Positions 37,533-46,676 of a stretch of DNA of 64,000 nt are shown one piece after another (the first letter of the stretch is position 1; the number at the start of each line of letters is the position of its first letter). The notes below the pieces were generated by a model. The model saw nothing but the letters and a program-made list of their open reading frames with translations. It was not told where the DNA came from and searched no databases. Source of the stretch: Candidatus Omnitrophota bacterium (lineage in GTDB: Bacteria; Omnitrophota; Gorgyraeia; Gygaellales; Gygaellaceae); the NCBI GenBank assembly GCA_018400015.1, contig JAGYNB010000002.1:180555-244554 (forward strand), read 5' to 3'. The position numbers and the translations under genes are program-made.

Positions 37533-38464
37533 TGCAGATAGTAGAAAAAATTAGAAACAGAGCCAAACTGAATAAGAAAAAAATCGTTCTTCCGGAAAAC
37601 GAGGACGAGAGAATAAAACAGGCATGCGATATTATTAATAAAGAGGGTATTGCCGAAGCAGTTTTACTTTCAAAAGACAGATTAGATCAGGATTTGATAA
37701 AAAAATATTCTCATGAGTATTTTTGTCTTCGTAAGCATAAAGGTATAACTGAAAAAGAAGCTTTGGAAAAAGTAAATAATCCTCTTTATTATGCAGCGAT
37801 GATGACGCGTTTTGGTGATTGTGACGGTTTTGTCGCAGGGGCGGTAAACACTACTCCAAATGTAATTCGCGCTTCCATACATTGCCTTGATTTGGATAAG
37901 ACAATCGGTGCGGTTTCCAGTTGTTTTATTATGGCCGTACCTGACTGTGTCTATGGAGATAACGGTGTTTTTGTATTTGCGGATTGCGGGGTAATGCCTG
38001 AACCATCTGCTAAACAGCTGGCTAAGATTGCGATTTCCAATGCGCTTTTAGCTAAAAAAGTTCTTGGAATCGAGCCTAAGGTGGCAATGTTAAGCTATTC
38101 TACCAAAGGTTCTGCTGCCGGTAAATTCGTAGAAAAAGTTCAGGAAGCGACAAGACTTGCCAATGAATTAAGGCCGGATTTGATCATTGACGGCGAGTTA
38201 CAGCTAGATGCGGCGATTGTTCCTGAAGTTGCGAAAATAAAACAATCCGATAATGGCATCAAAGGAGATGCTAATGTACTTATTTTTCCTGATTTGGAAG
38301 CGGGGAATATCGGTTATAAGCTTGCTCAGAGACTAGCTAAGGCAAGAGCAATTGGCCCGATACTGGAGGGTTTTACTAAGCCGTGTTCTGATCTTTCTAG
38401 AGGATGTGAAGTAGACGATATTATTGATTGCGTTGCAGTGACAGCGATAAGGGCAGGAAAATGA
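37532..38464 (+). CDS. pta: Phosphate acetyltransferase
   Basis: KIVLPENEDER, FADCG, AMLSYSTKGS, DGELQLDAAI, FPDLEAGNIGYK and SDLSRGC motifs. Confidence 0.95.
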   Translation: MQIVEKIRNRAKLNKKKIVLPENEDERIKQACDIINKEGIAEAVLLSKDRLDQDLIKKYSHEYFCLRKHKGITEKEALEKVNNPLYYAAMMTRFGDCDGFVAGAVNTTPNVIRASIHCLDLDKTIGAVSSCFIMAVPDCVYGDNGVFVFADCGVMPEPSAKQLAKIAISNALLAKKVLGIEPKVAMLSYSTKGSAAGKFVEKVQEATRLANELRPDLIIDGELQLDAAIVPEVAKIKQSDNGIKGDANVLIFPDLEAGNIGYKLAQRLAKARAIGPILEGFTKPCSDLSRGCEVDDIIDCVAVTAIRAGK

Positions 38465-39525
38465 AAATTCTTGTTATAAACTCGGGTAGCTCATCGATAA
38501 AATACCGTTTGTATGATATGCCTGAGGAAAAATTGTTCTTAAAGGGCATGATCGATAAGATTGCAGAAAAGGGCTCTTCTGTAAAAAACCATCATGAGGG
38601 TTTCAAGTTAATACTGGATAAAATCAATGGTGTAGATGCTGTTGGTCATCGTGTCGTGCATGGTGCCGAGGAATTCCAGAAACCGACATTAATAGACGAT
38701 AGCATTATTAGGCGTCTAAAAAAATATAATATTCTGGCGCCGCTGCATAATCCTGCAAATCTATCCGGCATTGTTGCCTGCAAGAATTTACTGAAGAATA
38801 TTTGTCAAGCTGCGGTTTTTGATACATCTTTTCATCATAGCCTGCCTGACTATGCATATACTTACGGTTTGCCGTTTAGTTTTTACAAAAAATATAAGAT
38901 TAGAAGATATGGTTTTCACGGTACAAGTCATCATTATGTAGCGCAAGAGTCTGCCAAGTTATTAAAAAGACCTTTAACCGCGTTAAAAATTGTTACTTGT
39001 CATTTAGGCAATGGTTGCAGCATGGCAGCAGTAAAAAAAGGTAAGTGTATTGATACCACTATGGGTTTTACGCCTCAAGAAGGGCTCCTCATGGGTACGC
39101 GTGCCGGTGATATGGATACAGCAGTAATCGTTTACCTTGTAGAAAAATTAAACAAGAGCATAGAAGAGGTTAATCGGATAATTAATAAAGACAGCGGCTT
39201 AAAAGGCATATCCGGAGTAAGCAATGATATGCGAAAAATAGAAGATGCAATAAAAAAAGGCAATAAAAGAGCAAGGCTGGCTAGAGATATTTTTATTTAT
39301 CGCATTAGAAAATATATTGGTTCATATGCTGCGATAATGGGCGGAATTGATGCGGTTGTCTTTACTGCTGGGATTGGCGAAAATCAAGTTCAGTTAAGGT
39401 CCGATGTTACTAAAGGACTGTTTGATTATCTGAAGAATAAGCCAAAGGTAATGGTTGTTCCCACCAATGAAGAGTTGATGATCGCTAGGCAGACTTACGG
39501 CCTAATAAAGAAAGGCAAGAAATGA
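38461..39525 (+). CDS. ackA: Acetate kinase
   Basis: MKILVINSGSSSIK, GHRVVHG, APLHNP, YGFHGTSH, HLGNG, FTAGIGEN and TNEELMIA. True start is ATG 38461. Confidence 0.97.
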   Translation: MKILVINSGSSSIKYRLYDMPEEKLFLKGMIDKIAEKGSSVKNHHEGFKLILDKINGVDAVGHRVVHGAEEFQKPTLIDDSIIRRLKKYNILAPLHNPANLSGIVACKNLLKNICQAAVFDTSFHHSLPDYAYTYGLPFSFYKKYKIRRYGFHGTSHHYVAQESAKLLKRPLTALKIVTCHLGNGCSMAAVKKGKCIDTTMGFTPQEGLLMGTRAGDMDTAVIVYLVEKLNKSIEEVNRIINKDSGLKGISGVSNDMRKIEDAIKKGNKRARLARDIFIYRIRKYIGSYAAIMGGIDAVVFTAGIGENQVQLRSDVTKGLFDYLKNKPKVMVVPTNEELMIARQTYGLIKKGKK

Positions 39526-39875
39526 GAACAATGCTTAAATCAAAATTAAAGAATTTAAAAGTAACCCAGACGGAACTTTTTTATGAAGGTAGTATTACTA
39601 TCGATGAAGCCTTACTGGAAGTAGCTGATATTCTGCCGGGAGAGAAAGTAGAGGTTCTGGATGTGAATAATGGAGTGCGCATTGAGACCTATGCAATCAA
39701 GGGTGAGCGCGACAGCGGCATAGTCTGTATGAACGGCCCCTCAGCAAGGCTCATTTATAAAGGCGATACGATCATGGTTTTAAGCTATGTTCAGCTTGAA
39801 GATGAACAAGCAAGATTACTTAAACCGGTTATTGTCGATATAGATGAACCGAATAGATTAAAAAACCGAAAATAG
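39522..39875 (+). CDS. panD: Aspartate 1-decarboxylase
   Basis: MLKSK, YEG|SITID autocleavage site, NGVRIETY and NGPSARL. Confidence 0.93.
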   Translation: MRTMLKSKLKNLKVTQTELFYEGSITIDEALLEVADILPGEKVEVLDVNNGVRIETYAIKGERDSGIVCMNGPSARLIYKGDTIMVLSYVQLEDEQARLLKPVIVDIDEPNRLKNRK

Positions 39876-39876
39876 C

Positions 39877-40827
39877 TTGAAAAAAATTCTTATTATACTA
39901 TTAAAGATGGCAATAAGTTTTTCTTTATTGCTATTTTTATTTAATAAAATCGATACCGAAAGCGTATTTGTTCTACTGAAGAGTTTTGATAATTTTGTTG
40001 TCGTAAGTACATTTTTATTATTTTGTTTTGCCTATTTTCTTGCTATTATTCGCTGGTCAATTTTACTTTATATAAGCGAAGTTAGTTTTACCATAAAAAA
40101 AGTTGCCGTAACTTTTTTGGGTTCGCAGTTTTTCAACCTTATTTTTCCTTCTACGATTGGCTCGGACGTAGCCAGAAGCATTGATTTAGGCAAACATTCA
40201 AACAATTTTAAAAAAGTAGCGGTGACTGTATTTTTAGACCGATTAAGCGGATGCATCGGGCTTGTTTTGGTCGCAGTTGTGTCATTATTATTAGGTAAGA
40301 ACATAATCGATAATTTTTATGTACATGTAATAGTTTATTTTTTTGTTATCGGTATTATGTTTATATTGGTTTTGTTGTTCAATAACCGTATATTCGAATT
40401 CTTTTCAAGATTTATTCAAGGTAAAGGCAGATTTTGGGAAAGATTTTTTTTGATTCACAAAGAGATATATTTCTTTAAAAAACATAAAACCTTAATCATT
40501 CTAAATATTGCGATCTCAGTATTGATACAGTTAGTAGTTCCGGTAATGTTTTGGGTTCTTGCCGGCAGTTTATATGACGGTATTTCTATATTTCCTTTTT
40601 TGGTAATTGTTCCAATCGTAACCGTAGTTGTCTCAATTCCTATAACTATTGGCGGTCTGGGCGTAAGAGAATGGGCTATGGTTTTATTTTTGTCCCAATT
40701 AGGTTTAGAAAAAAGCCTATCTGCAAGTCTTTCGCTTTTACAGTTTATATATCTGGTTATCGTTGGGGTTATTGGCGGAATTATCTATGTCCTTACATTT
40801 CATACTAGACGGATACAATATAACTAA
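39877..40827 (+). CDS. Lysylphosphatidylglycerol synthase TM-domain / flippase-like protein (UPF0104)
   Basis: FNLIFPSTIGSDVAR, VFLDRL and PITIGGLGVRE motifs; polytopic. TTG start. Confidence 0.82.
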   Translation: MKKILIILLKMAISFSLLLFLFNKIDTESVFVLLKSFDNFVVVSTFLLFCFAYFLAIIRWSILLYISEVSFTIKKVAVTFLGSQFFNLIFPSTIGSDVARSIDLGKHSNNFKKVAVTVFLDRLSGCIGLVLVAVVSLLLGKNIIDNFYVHVIVYFFVIGIMFILVLLFNNRIFEFFSRFIQGKGRFWERFFLIHKEIYFFKKHKTLIILNIAISVLIQLVVPVMFWVLAGSLYDGISIFPFLVIVPIVTVVVSIPITIGGLGVREWAMVLFLSQLGLEKSLSASLSLLQFIYLVIVGVIGGIIYVLTFHTRRIQYN

Positions 40828-41254
40828 TAAATTCAGGAATAAACCTGCGGTTGATTTGCGTAATTCCAGGTTCGAACTGTATAAATTTATCCATGAAAAC
40901 AATCCTAAAGGATCACAGAATAATAGTCTGACTATTGTATTTGATGGTAAAGTAGATGTCATATCAAATGAAGCTGCCGAAGGGATAAATATAGTTTTCT
41001 CGAAAAATAAAAGCGCCGATAGCGTGATTAAAGAGTTGATTGAAAGTAGTATTCAGCCAAAAAATATTGTTTTGGTTACTGATGATAAAGAGCTGGTTAT
41101 GTTTGCACGGTCAAAAAGAGTAGGAATTATGAGCGTAAAAGAACTTCTTGCAAAGAAAAAGTATCCTTTTTTTAAAAAGAAAATGAGGATATCAGCCGAA
41201 GAAGCATTGAAGATTGATAAAGAGTTGCGTAAGATTTGGCTAAATGAAAAGTAA
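40787..41254 (+). CDS. YacP-like NYN domain protein
   Basis: ILDGYN, IVFDG, SADSVI and LVTDDKEL acidic PIN/NYN motifs. Likely ATG start at 40787. Confidence 0.8.
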   Translation: MSLHFILDGYNITNKFRNKPAVDLRNSRFELYKFIHENNPKGSQNNSLTIVFDGKVDVISNEAAEGINIVFSKNKSADSVIKELIESSIQPKNIVLVTDDKELVMFARSKRVGIMSVKELLAKKKYPFFKKKMRISAEEALKIDKELRKIWLNEK

Positions 41255-42014
41255 TAACTTTATTAAGTTTTTAGGTACTGCCGGTGCGCGTTTTGTTACC
41301 ATAAATCAACTTCGTGCCTCTGGAGGTATATGGATCAGGTATAAAAATACGAACATATTAGTAGACCCGGGTCCAGGAAGTCTGGTAAGGGTAAAGCAGT
41401 CTTATCCTAAGCTTGATCCTGCTAATCTTGATGCAATAGTCTTAACGCATAGACACTTAGATCATTCAGGAGATTTAAATATTATGACCGAGGCAATGAC
41501 TGAAGGTGCGCGTAAAAAAAGAGGTGTGTTGATAATACCTAAAGACAGCTTAGGCCGTGAACCCGTAGTATTGTCTTTTCTAAGACAGGCTGTTAGAAAA
41601 GTACATTTTTTAAGAGAAAAAGCGAGTTTTAAGATTAAGGATATTCGATTGTCTTCGCCTTGCCGTCTTGATCACAGCGTCGAGAATTATGTCTTAAAGT
41701 TTAATTTTGGTAAAACAAGACTATGTCTGGTAAGCGATACCAAGTTTTTTCCTCACTTGGCAAAGAAAATCAATAAATGCGATATTTTAATAATTAATGT
41801 AGTTTTTTATAATCCTTGTCCTGGAATCAAACACCTTGATTATTTTTCAGCATTAAAGCTTATTGAGCAGGTTAGGCCTAAGAAAGCGATTATCACCCAT
41901 TTTGGGATACCGATGTTAAGGAAAAATCCCAAACGACTTGCAAAACTAGCTAAACTTAAGTTAAAAATCGACGTTTTGGCAGCTGAAGATTCGATGTTGG
42001 TAGCGATTAAATAG
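41244..42014 (+). CDS. Metallo-beta-lactamase-fold hydrolase
   Basis: FLGTAG, VDPGPG, THRHLDH (HxHxDH), SDT and THFG. Confidence 0.85.
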   Translation: MKSNNFIKFLGTAGARFVTINQLRASGGIWIRYKNTNILVDPGPGSLVRVKQSYPKLDPANLDAIVLTHRHLDHSGDLNIMTEAMTEGARKKRGVLIIPKDSLGREPVVLSFLRQAVRKVHFLREKASFKIKDIRLSSPCRLDHSVENYVLKFNFGKTRLCLVSDTKFFPHLAKKINKCDILIINVVFYNPCPGIKHLDYFSALKLIEQVRPKKAIITHFGIPMLRKNPKRLAKLAKLKLKIDVLAAEDSMLVAIK

Positions 42015-42015
42015 G

Positions 42016-42044
42016 TTGACAGTTTATAAAGCCTTTTTTATAAT
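42016..42044 (+). promoter_or_regulatory. Perfect-consensus sigma70 promoter TTGACA-N17-TATAAT
   Basis: TTGACA 42016-42021 and TATAAT 42039-42044. RBS AGGAGG precedes ATG 42069. Confidence 0.8.
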
Positions 42045-42068
42045 AAACATAGGAAAAAGGAGGTGTAT

Positions 42069-42737
42069 ATGTCAATTTTTATAGAACCTGCAAAAACAGT
42101 GCTTTTACAAATTGGCGCTTTTTTGCCAAAGCTGATTGCTGCGATTATTGTTTTTGTTGTTGGTTGGCTTTTGGCAAAAGTGATCAGAGAGCTTATGAAA
42201 AGATTCTTAAAAATCATTAAGCTTGAACAGCTTGCGGATAACGTAGGGATTAACCAGTTTTTAACTAAAGGCGGGATAAAGTATTCTTTTTGTGAATTGT
42301 TAGGATTTTTGGTGTATTGGTTGGTTGTTTTAGTTGTTTTGGTAGTTGCAGTGGATATTTTAGGCCTTACTGTAGCAGGGAACATAATTGAAAAGGTTGT
42401 TTCCTATATACCTAATGTTATTGCAGCTTTATTTATTTTGATTTTAGGTATTTTTGCATCGAGTTTTTCCGGTTCTACCATAACGGCGGCTTTGACTAAT
42501 GCTGGTATAGAGCAAGCTAGACTTTTGGGTAAGGTTGCCGAGATAATCATAATTGTTTTTACGATTTTCGTTGCTATTGAGCAACTTGGAATTGCCGGTC
42601 AGGTTATTGTCTTGGCAATAACGATTACCTTTGCATCCATTGGTTTGGCAGTGGGCCTTGCTTTTGGAATAGGCTGCAAGGATATTGCCGCTGATTTTTT
42701 GAAGAATTTTCTAGCTAAAATAAAGTCTAAGAAATAA
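42069..42737 (+). CDS. Conserved TM-helix repeat membrane protein (CmpX / MscS-TM-like)
   Basis: Two repeats FLPKLIAAIIVFVVGW / YIPNVIAALFILILG and a C-terminal GLAFGIGCKD. Confidence 0.75.
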   Translation: MSIFIEPAKTVLLQIGAFLPKLIAAIIVFVVGWLLAKVIRELMKRFLKIIKLEQLADNVGINQFLTKGGIKYSFCELLGFLVYWLVVLVVLVVAVDILGLTVAGNIIEKVVSYIPNVIAALFILILGIFASSFSGSTITAALTNAGIEQARLLGKVAEIIIIVFTIFVAIEQLGIAGQVIVLAITITFASIGLAVGLAFGIGCKDIAADFLKNFLAKIKSKK

Positions 42738-42743
42738 TTTTTA

Positions 42744-43142
42744 ATGTACAAGATTTTAATTGCCGACGATGAGCCTGATGTAGTTAATAGTTTAAGCAAA
42801 AGGCTTAAAAGGGATGGTTTTATTGTTTCAACTGCCAGAGACGGCCAGGAAGCACTTGAGTTAGCTCTGGCAGTTGATACACCTGATATTTTGGTTTTGG
42901 ATATTCAGATGCCCAAAAAAAACGGTTTTGAGGTTTTAAGAGAACTTCGCGAAAATAACCTCAAAACTGATATATGGCAGCCGGTAATAATACTCTCAGC
43001 AAAAAGTGATTTTGACGATATTAAAAAGGGTTATGATTTAGAAGCTGATTTTTATCTTACCAAGCCGTTTAGTTATCAACAGTTATTAAAAGGAATAGAG
43101 ACGATGATTACGCTTCTATCCGTTAAAAGGATTCAGAAATGA
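42744..43142 (+). CDS. Single-domain response regulator (CheY-like)
   Basis: ILIADDE, LDIQMP (phospho-Asp), ILSAK and YLTKPF. Confidence 0.92.
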   Translation: MYKILIADDEPDVVNSLSKRLKRDGFIVSTARDGQEALELALAVDTPDILVLDIQMPKKNGFEVLRELRENNLKTDIWQPVIILSAKSDFDDIKKGYDLEADFYLTKPFSYQQLLKGIETMITLLSVKRIQK

Positions 43143-43795
43143 TCGCACTTTTTATAACAGTATTTATTTTTATACTTCTTGCCGTGATAGTTGAGGTGGC
43201 AACGACTGCTTTGCGTATGACCGGTCTAGATATTCGTACAGCTAGATTTCAGGCAATGTCTGCTTTAACCGGAACCGGTTTTACCACCAAAGAGAGTGAG
43301 CTTATTACAGATGATAGACAGCGCAGAATCATCGTGATGAGTTTAATGATAATCGGGCCCATTGGTTTTGTTACGATTCTTACTTCAATTTTATTGTCTG
43401 CGAGAGAACATGTTATGCTTTATCAACTTCTCGCTTTGGCAATACTTGCTTTTTTGCTGTTGAAACTATCCAAAAGCCGTAAGCTGATGAGTATTTTTCA
43501 TAAGGCGATAGAGGCTAGTCTGAAGAAACGTCATTATCCTAGAAAAATCGTTCTGGAAGAGGTCCTGCAGCTTGATGAGAATTTTGGTGTATGCGAGATA
43601 AAAGTCGATAAGCATTCAAAGATAGCCGATAAGACTTTAGCGCAAAGCGACATAAAAGAAAAGGGTTTTATTGTTTTGGCGATTCAAAGAGGTGAAGAAT
43701 TAATTAGTGTTCCGCACGCAAACGATAAGATTCTTATTGATGATATTTTAGTTATTTTTGGAAATCTTAAGCATTTAAGAGACTTTGCGAGGTAG
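43139..43795 (+). CDS. Membrane protein with TrkA-C (RCK_C) domain
   Basis: ARFQAMSALTGTGFTTKESE pore-like motif and C-terminal VLAIQRG...PHAN...DILVIFG. Confidence 0.8.
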   Translation: MIALFITVFIFILLAVIVEVATTALRMTGLDIRTARFQAMSALTGTGFTTKESELITDDRQRRIIVMSLMIIGPIGFVTILTSILLSAREHVMLYQLLALAILAFLLLKLSKSRKLMSIFHKAIEASLKKRHYPRKIVLEEVLQLDENFGVCEIKVDKHSKIADKTLAQSDIKEKGFIVLAIQRGEELISVPHANDKILIDDILVIFGNLKHLRDFAR

Positions 43796-43801
43796 CATCA
43801 A

Positions 43802-44197
43802 TTGAAACTTTATTTAATTGTTATAATTGGAGTTTTTGGTTTGTTTTTGTTGTTTAACGGCTGCAGGAAGAAAACTGTTGTTGAGACATTTGAGTCTCCA
43901 TATGAATTGATAGACGAGATGGAGTCTTTAAATCTTCTGGAATCTGAAAATCAGAATCAAATTGTTACTGCGGCATATGAGCCTTCGCCGCAGATTGAAC
44001 AAGATTTTGATTTAGAAGCAAAGCAGATCCAGACAGCTTTAAAAGAAGCCGGATTTTATCATGGTAATATCGATGGTAAGATCGGTCCGAAATCAACGCA
44101 GGCAGTGAAGGATTTTCAGGCAGCGAACGATTTGAAAGTCGATGGCGTTATTGGTAATAATACCAAAGAAGCCCTTCGAAGATATTTGCCGCAGTAG
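43802..44197 (+). CDS. Lipoprotein with peptidoglycan-binding (PG_binding_1) domain
   Basis: Lipobox FNGC and IQTALKEAGFYHGNIDGKIGPKSTQAVKDFQAANDLKVDGVIG. TTG start. Confidence 0.82.
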   Translation: MKLYLIVIIGVFGLFLLFNGCRKKTVVETFESPYELIDEMESLNLLESENQNQIVTAAYEPSPQIEQDFDLEAKQIQTALKEAGFYHGNIDGKIGPKSTQAVKDFQAANDLKVDGVIGNNTKEALRRYLPQ

Positions 44198-44220
44198 TCT
44201 TAAAACTTTTTTATAAACAG

Positions 44221-45015
44221 ATGAAGAAAAAAATAACCGATATTATTATTCATATCGGAAAATATATTCTTGGTATAGTTCAGGAAACCGGTTCAATTTT
44301 AATGTTTTTGATCAAGGTTTTTAGTTTTATTGCCAAAGGTAAGGTAAGGTTTTTTGATGTGTTAAGGCAGATTTACGAACAGGGTTTTGAGTCTATAGTT
44401 ATAGTCTCTATTACTTCACTTACCACGGGTATGGTTTTAGGCCTTCAAGGTTACTTTGCGCTTGTGCGTTTTGGCGCCAAGGAGTTCGTTGCAGCTTTGG
44501 TGGCGATTTCGCTTTTAAGAGAATTGAGCCCTGTGTTGACTTCTATTGTTTTCTCTGGTAAGGTTGGTGCGAAGATAACTTCAGAGCTTAGTACGATGAA
44601 CGTTTCCGAACAGATCTTGGCGACCCGTACCATGGGAGTTGATCCTTTGGAATATTTTGTTGTTTCAAGGATTATTGCTTGTGTTATAGTTTTGCCTATT
44701 CTGGTTGTGATCTCAGGCGTAATAGGTATATTCGGAGGTTACTTGGCAGTTTCCTGGGAAGGCGCGACCAATGCTATTTATTATTTTCATAACACGTTAG
44801 ATATAGTCGCATTAAGAGATTTTTTAAGCGGGATTATAAAGGCGTTTGTTTTTTCAGTGATAATCGGAATTATCTGTTGCTATCAAGGCTTTAAGGCAGA
44901 AGGAGGCTCTTTAGGTGTAGGAAAATTCACTACAAAGGCAGTCGCCTATTGTTATATTATGATAATTGTATTTAATTTTGTACTGACGAAAATTCTTTTA
45001 AGGCTGGGATTTTAA
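44221..45015 (+). CDS. mlaE: MlaE-family ABC transporter permease
   Basis: RELSPVLTSIVFSGKVGAKITSELSTMNVSEQI, MGVDP and GVGKFTTKAV. Confidence 0.9.
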   Translation: MKKKITDIIIHIGKYILGIVQETGSILMFLIKVFSFIAKGKVRFFDVLRQIYEQGFESIVIVSITSLTTGMVLGLQGYFALVRFGAKEFVAALVAISLLRELSPVLTSIVFSGKVGAKITSELSTMNVSEQILATRTMGVDPLEYFVVSRIIACVIVLPILVVISGVIGIFGGYLAVSWEGATNAIYYFHNTLDIVALRDFLSGIIKAFVFSVIIGIICCYQGFKAEGGSLGVGKFTTKAVAYCYIMIIVFNFVLTKILLRLGF

Positions 45016-45030
45016 AAAGGAGATTTCAAA

Positions 45031-45351
45031 ATGTTCAGAAAAATTATTTATTTTGTAGTATTCTTATCAATTGCTTTTTCAATAGGATGTAGTCTTAACG
45101 GCGGGCTTATAAGTTATTATCATGTGAATGAAGCTTCATGGATAAGAAATGGAGAGCCGATTGAATTTGAAGGGCAGCTTTGGTATCCTTCAGATAATGT
45201 GGAAAACCTTTTGCAGAAAGAAATGCTTCCTATGGGAACATATAAGGGAGTGCAGTTTTTTACAGAACGTAAAGACATACGTCCGTTTAGGTACCTTTAT
45301 ACTAAATTTGGTGAAAACCAGTTTAGGACATACGAGCAGAACAATGATTGA
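45031..45351 (+). CDS. Small hypothetical lipoprotein within the mla operon
   Basis: RBS AGGAG, signal peptide with lipobox SIGC, and aromatic-rich WIRNGEPIEFEGQLWYP. Confidence 0.7.
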   Translation: MFRKIIYFVVFLSIAFSIGCSLNGGLISYYHVNEASWIRNGEPIEFEGQLWYPSDNVENLLQKEMLPMGTYKGVQFFTERKDIRPFRYLYTKFGENQFRTYEQNND

Positions 45352-46093
45352 GACGGTTGCATTAAATAAATCATTTAATGGCGTTGAGGTTTTAAAGGAT
45401 ATAAATGTCATCTTCAAAGCCAATGAGATTACCTGTATCTTAGGCGAAAGCGGAAGCGGTAAAAGCGTATTCTTGCAGACCTTGGCAGCTTTGCATGAAC
45501 CTGATTCGGGCAAAATATTTATCAATAAAGAGAACATCCTGCAGAAAAGCGAGGAGGAGTTGCTCGAATTAAGGAAGAAGATTGGGTATCTTTTTCAGTC
45601 AAGTGCGCTTTTCGATTTTATGAATATATATGATAATCTGGCTTTTCCTTTGAGAGAGAATACAGCGCTTTCTGAAAGCGAGATTTCTAAAAAAATTAAG
45701 GAAATTTTACAAGAAGTGAATCTTTCCGGGGTGGAAGAAAAGTTTCCTAATGAATTATCTGGCGGAATGCAGAAAAGGGCATCTTTGGCGAGGTCTGTAA
45801 TCTTACAGCCGCAGTTTTTGTTTTGTGATGAGCCTACTTCAGGGCTTGACCCTGAACATGCGCGAATAATCGCGCGTTTGATTGCCAAGATTTCTAAGGT
45901 TTATAAGGCTACGACAATTATAACCAGTCATGATATTCCTAATTCTTTGGCTATTGCCGACAGGATTGTTTTTATTTTCGACGGTCAGTTTACAGAGGTG
46001 GGCGCTCCCAGTAATTTAATAGAAAATCAAGATAGGCGCATTAACAGTTTTTTAGGTCCTTATGCGGAGGTTAAAAAATGCATGATAGAATAA
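45344..46093 (+). CDS. mlaF: MlaF-family ABC ATP-binding protein
   Basis: GESGSGKS, FQSSALFD, LSGGMQKR, DEPTSGLDP and SHD. Likely start is ATG 45344. Confidence 0.9.
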   Translation: MIETVALNKSFNGVEVLKDINVIFKANEITCILGESGSGKSVFLQTLAALHEPDSGKIFINKENILQKSEEELLELRKKIGYLFQSSALFDFMNIYDNLAFPLRENTALSESEISKKIKEILQEVNLSGVEEKFPNELSGGMQKRASLARSVILQPQFLFCDEPTSGLDPEHARIIARLIAKISKVYKATTIITSHDIPNSLAIADRIVFIFDGQFTEVGAPSNLIENQDRRINSFLGPYAEVKKCMIE

Positions 46094-46671
46094 AAGAATT
46101 TATTGCCGGTTTATTTTTTGTCTTTGGCGTTGTAGTTTTTTTGATTACTTTTTTTATTATCGGCAATGACAAAGGAATTACTTCTCTAAAATTCAAGAAA
46201 AAGGTGATTTTTTCCGATGTCGGCGGTTTAAGTATCGGTGCTCCTGTACGCATTTCAGGGGTTAATGTTGGAATTGTCGAATCGGTAGATTTTACCAAAG
46301 ATGAGATAATAAAGAATAAGAATATTGTTGTTGTTTTAAGTATTCTTTCTAAATATAGCCCGCAGCTTAAAGGATGTCTGGACTATTCTATTCGTACAGA
46401 GGGTGTTTTAGGCGGTAAGCTTATCGAGATTAAGCCGTCTAAAAGTTATCAGAACTGCCAGGAGGCTGAATTTGCCATTGGGGAAGATCCTTTGGATATT
46501 CAGGATTTGACGGTTTCGTTTGATAATACGGCAAAATCTCTGACTAGTCTTTCCCAGAAAATAGAGGATTACTTAAAACAGCTTAGTAAAATTTCATTCA
46601 CCATAAAAAGGACTATCGATAGATTAGAAAAACGTATTATCGAAGGTACCTTATTTAACATTTTTAAATAA
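46078..46671 (+). CDS. mlaD: MlaD/MCE-domain protein
   Basis: TM helix, FSDVGGLSIGAPVRISGVNVGIVESV and IRTEGVLGGKLIEI. Confidence 0.88.
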   Translation: MHDRIKEFIAGLFFVFGVVVFLITFFIIGNDKGITSLKFKKKVIFSDVGGLSIGAPVRISGVNVGIVESVDFTKDEIIKNKNIVVVLSILSKYSPQLKGCLDYSIRTEGVLGGKLIEIKPSKSYQNCQEAEFAIGEDPLDIQDLTVSFDNTAKSLTSLSQKIEDYLKQLSKISFTIKRTIDRLEKRIIEGTLFNIFK

Positions 46672-46676
46672 TAAAA

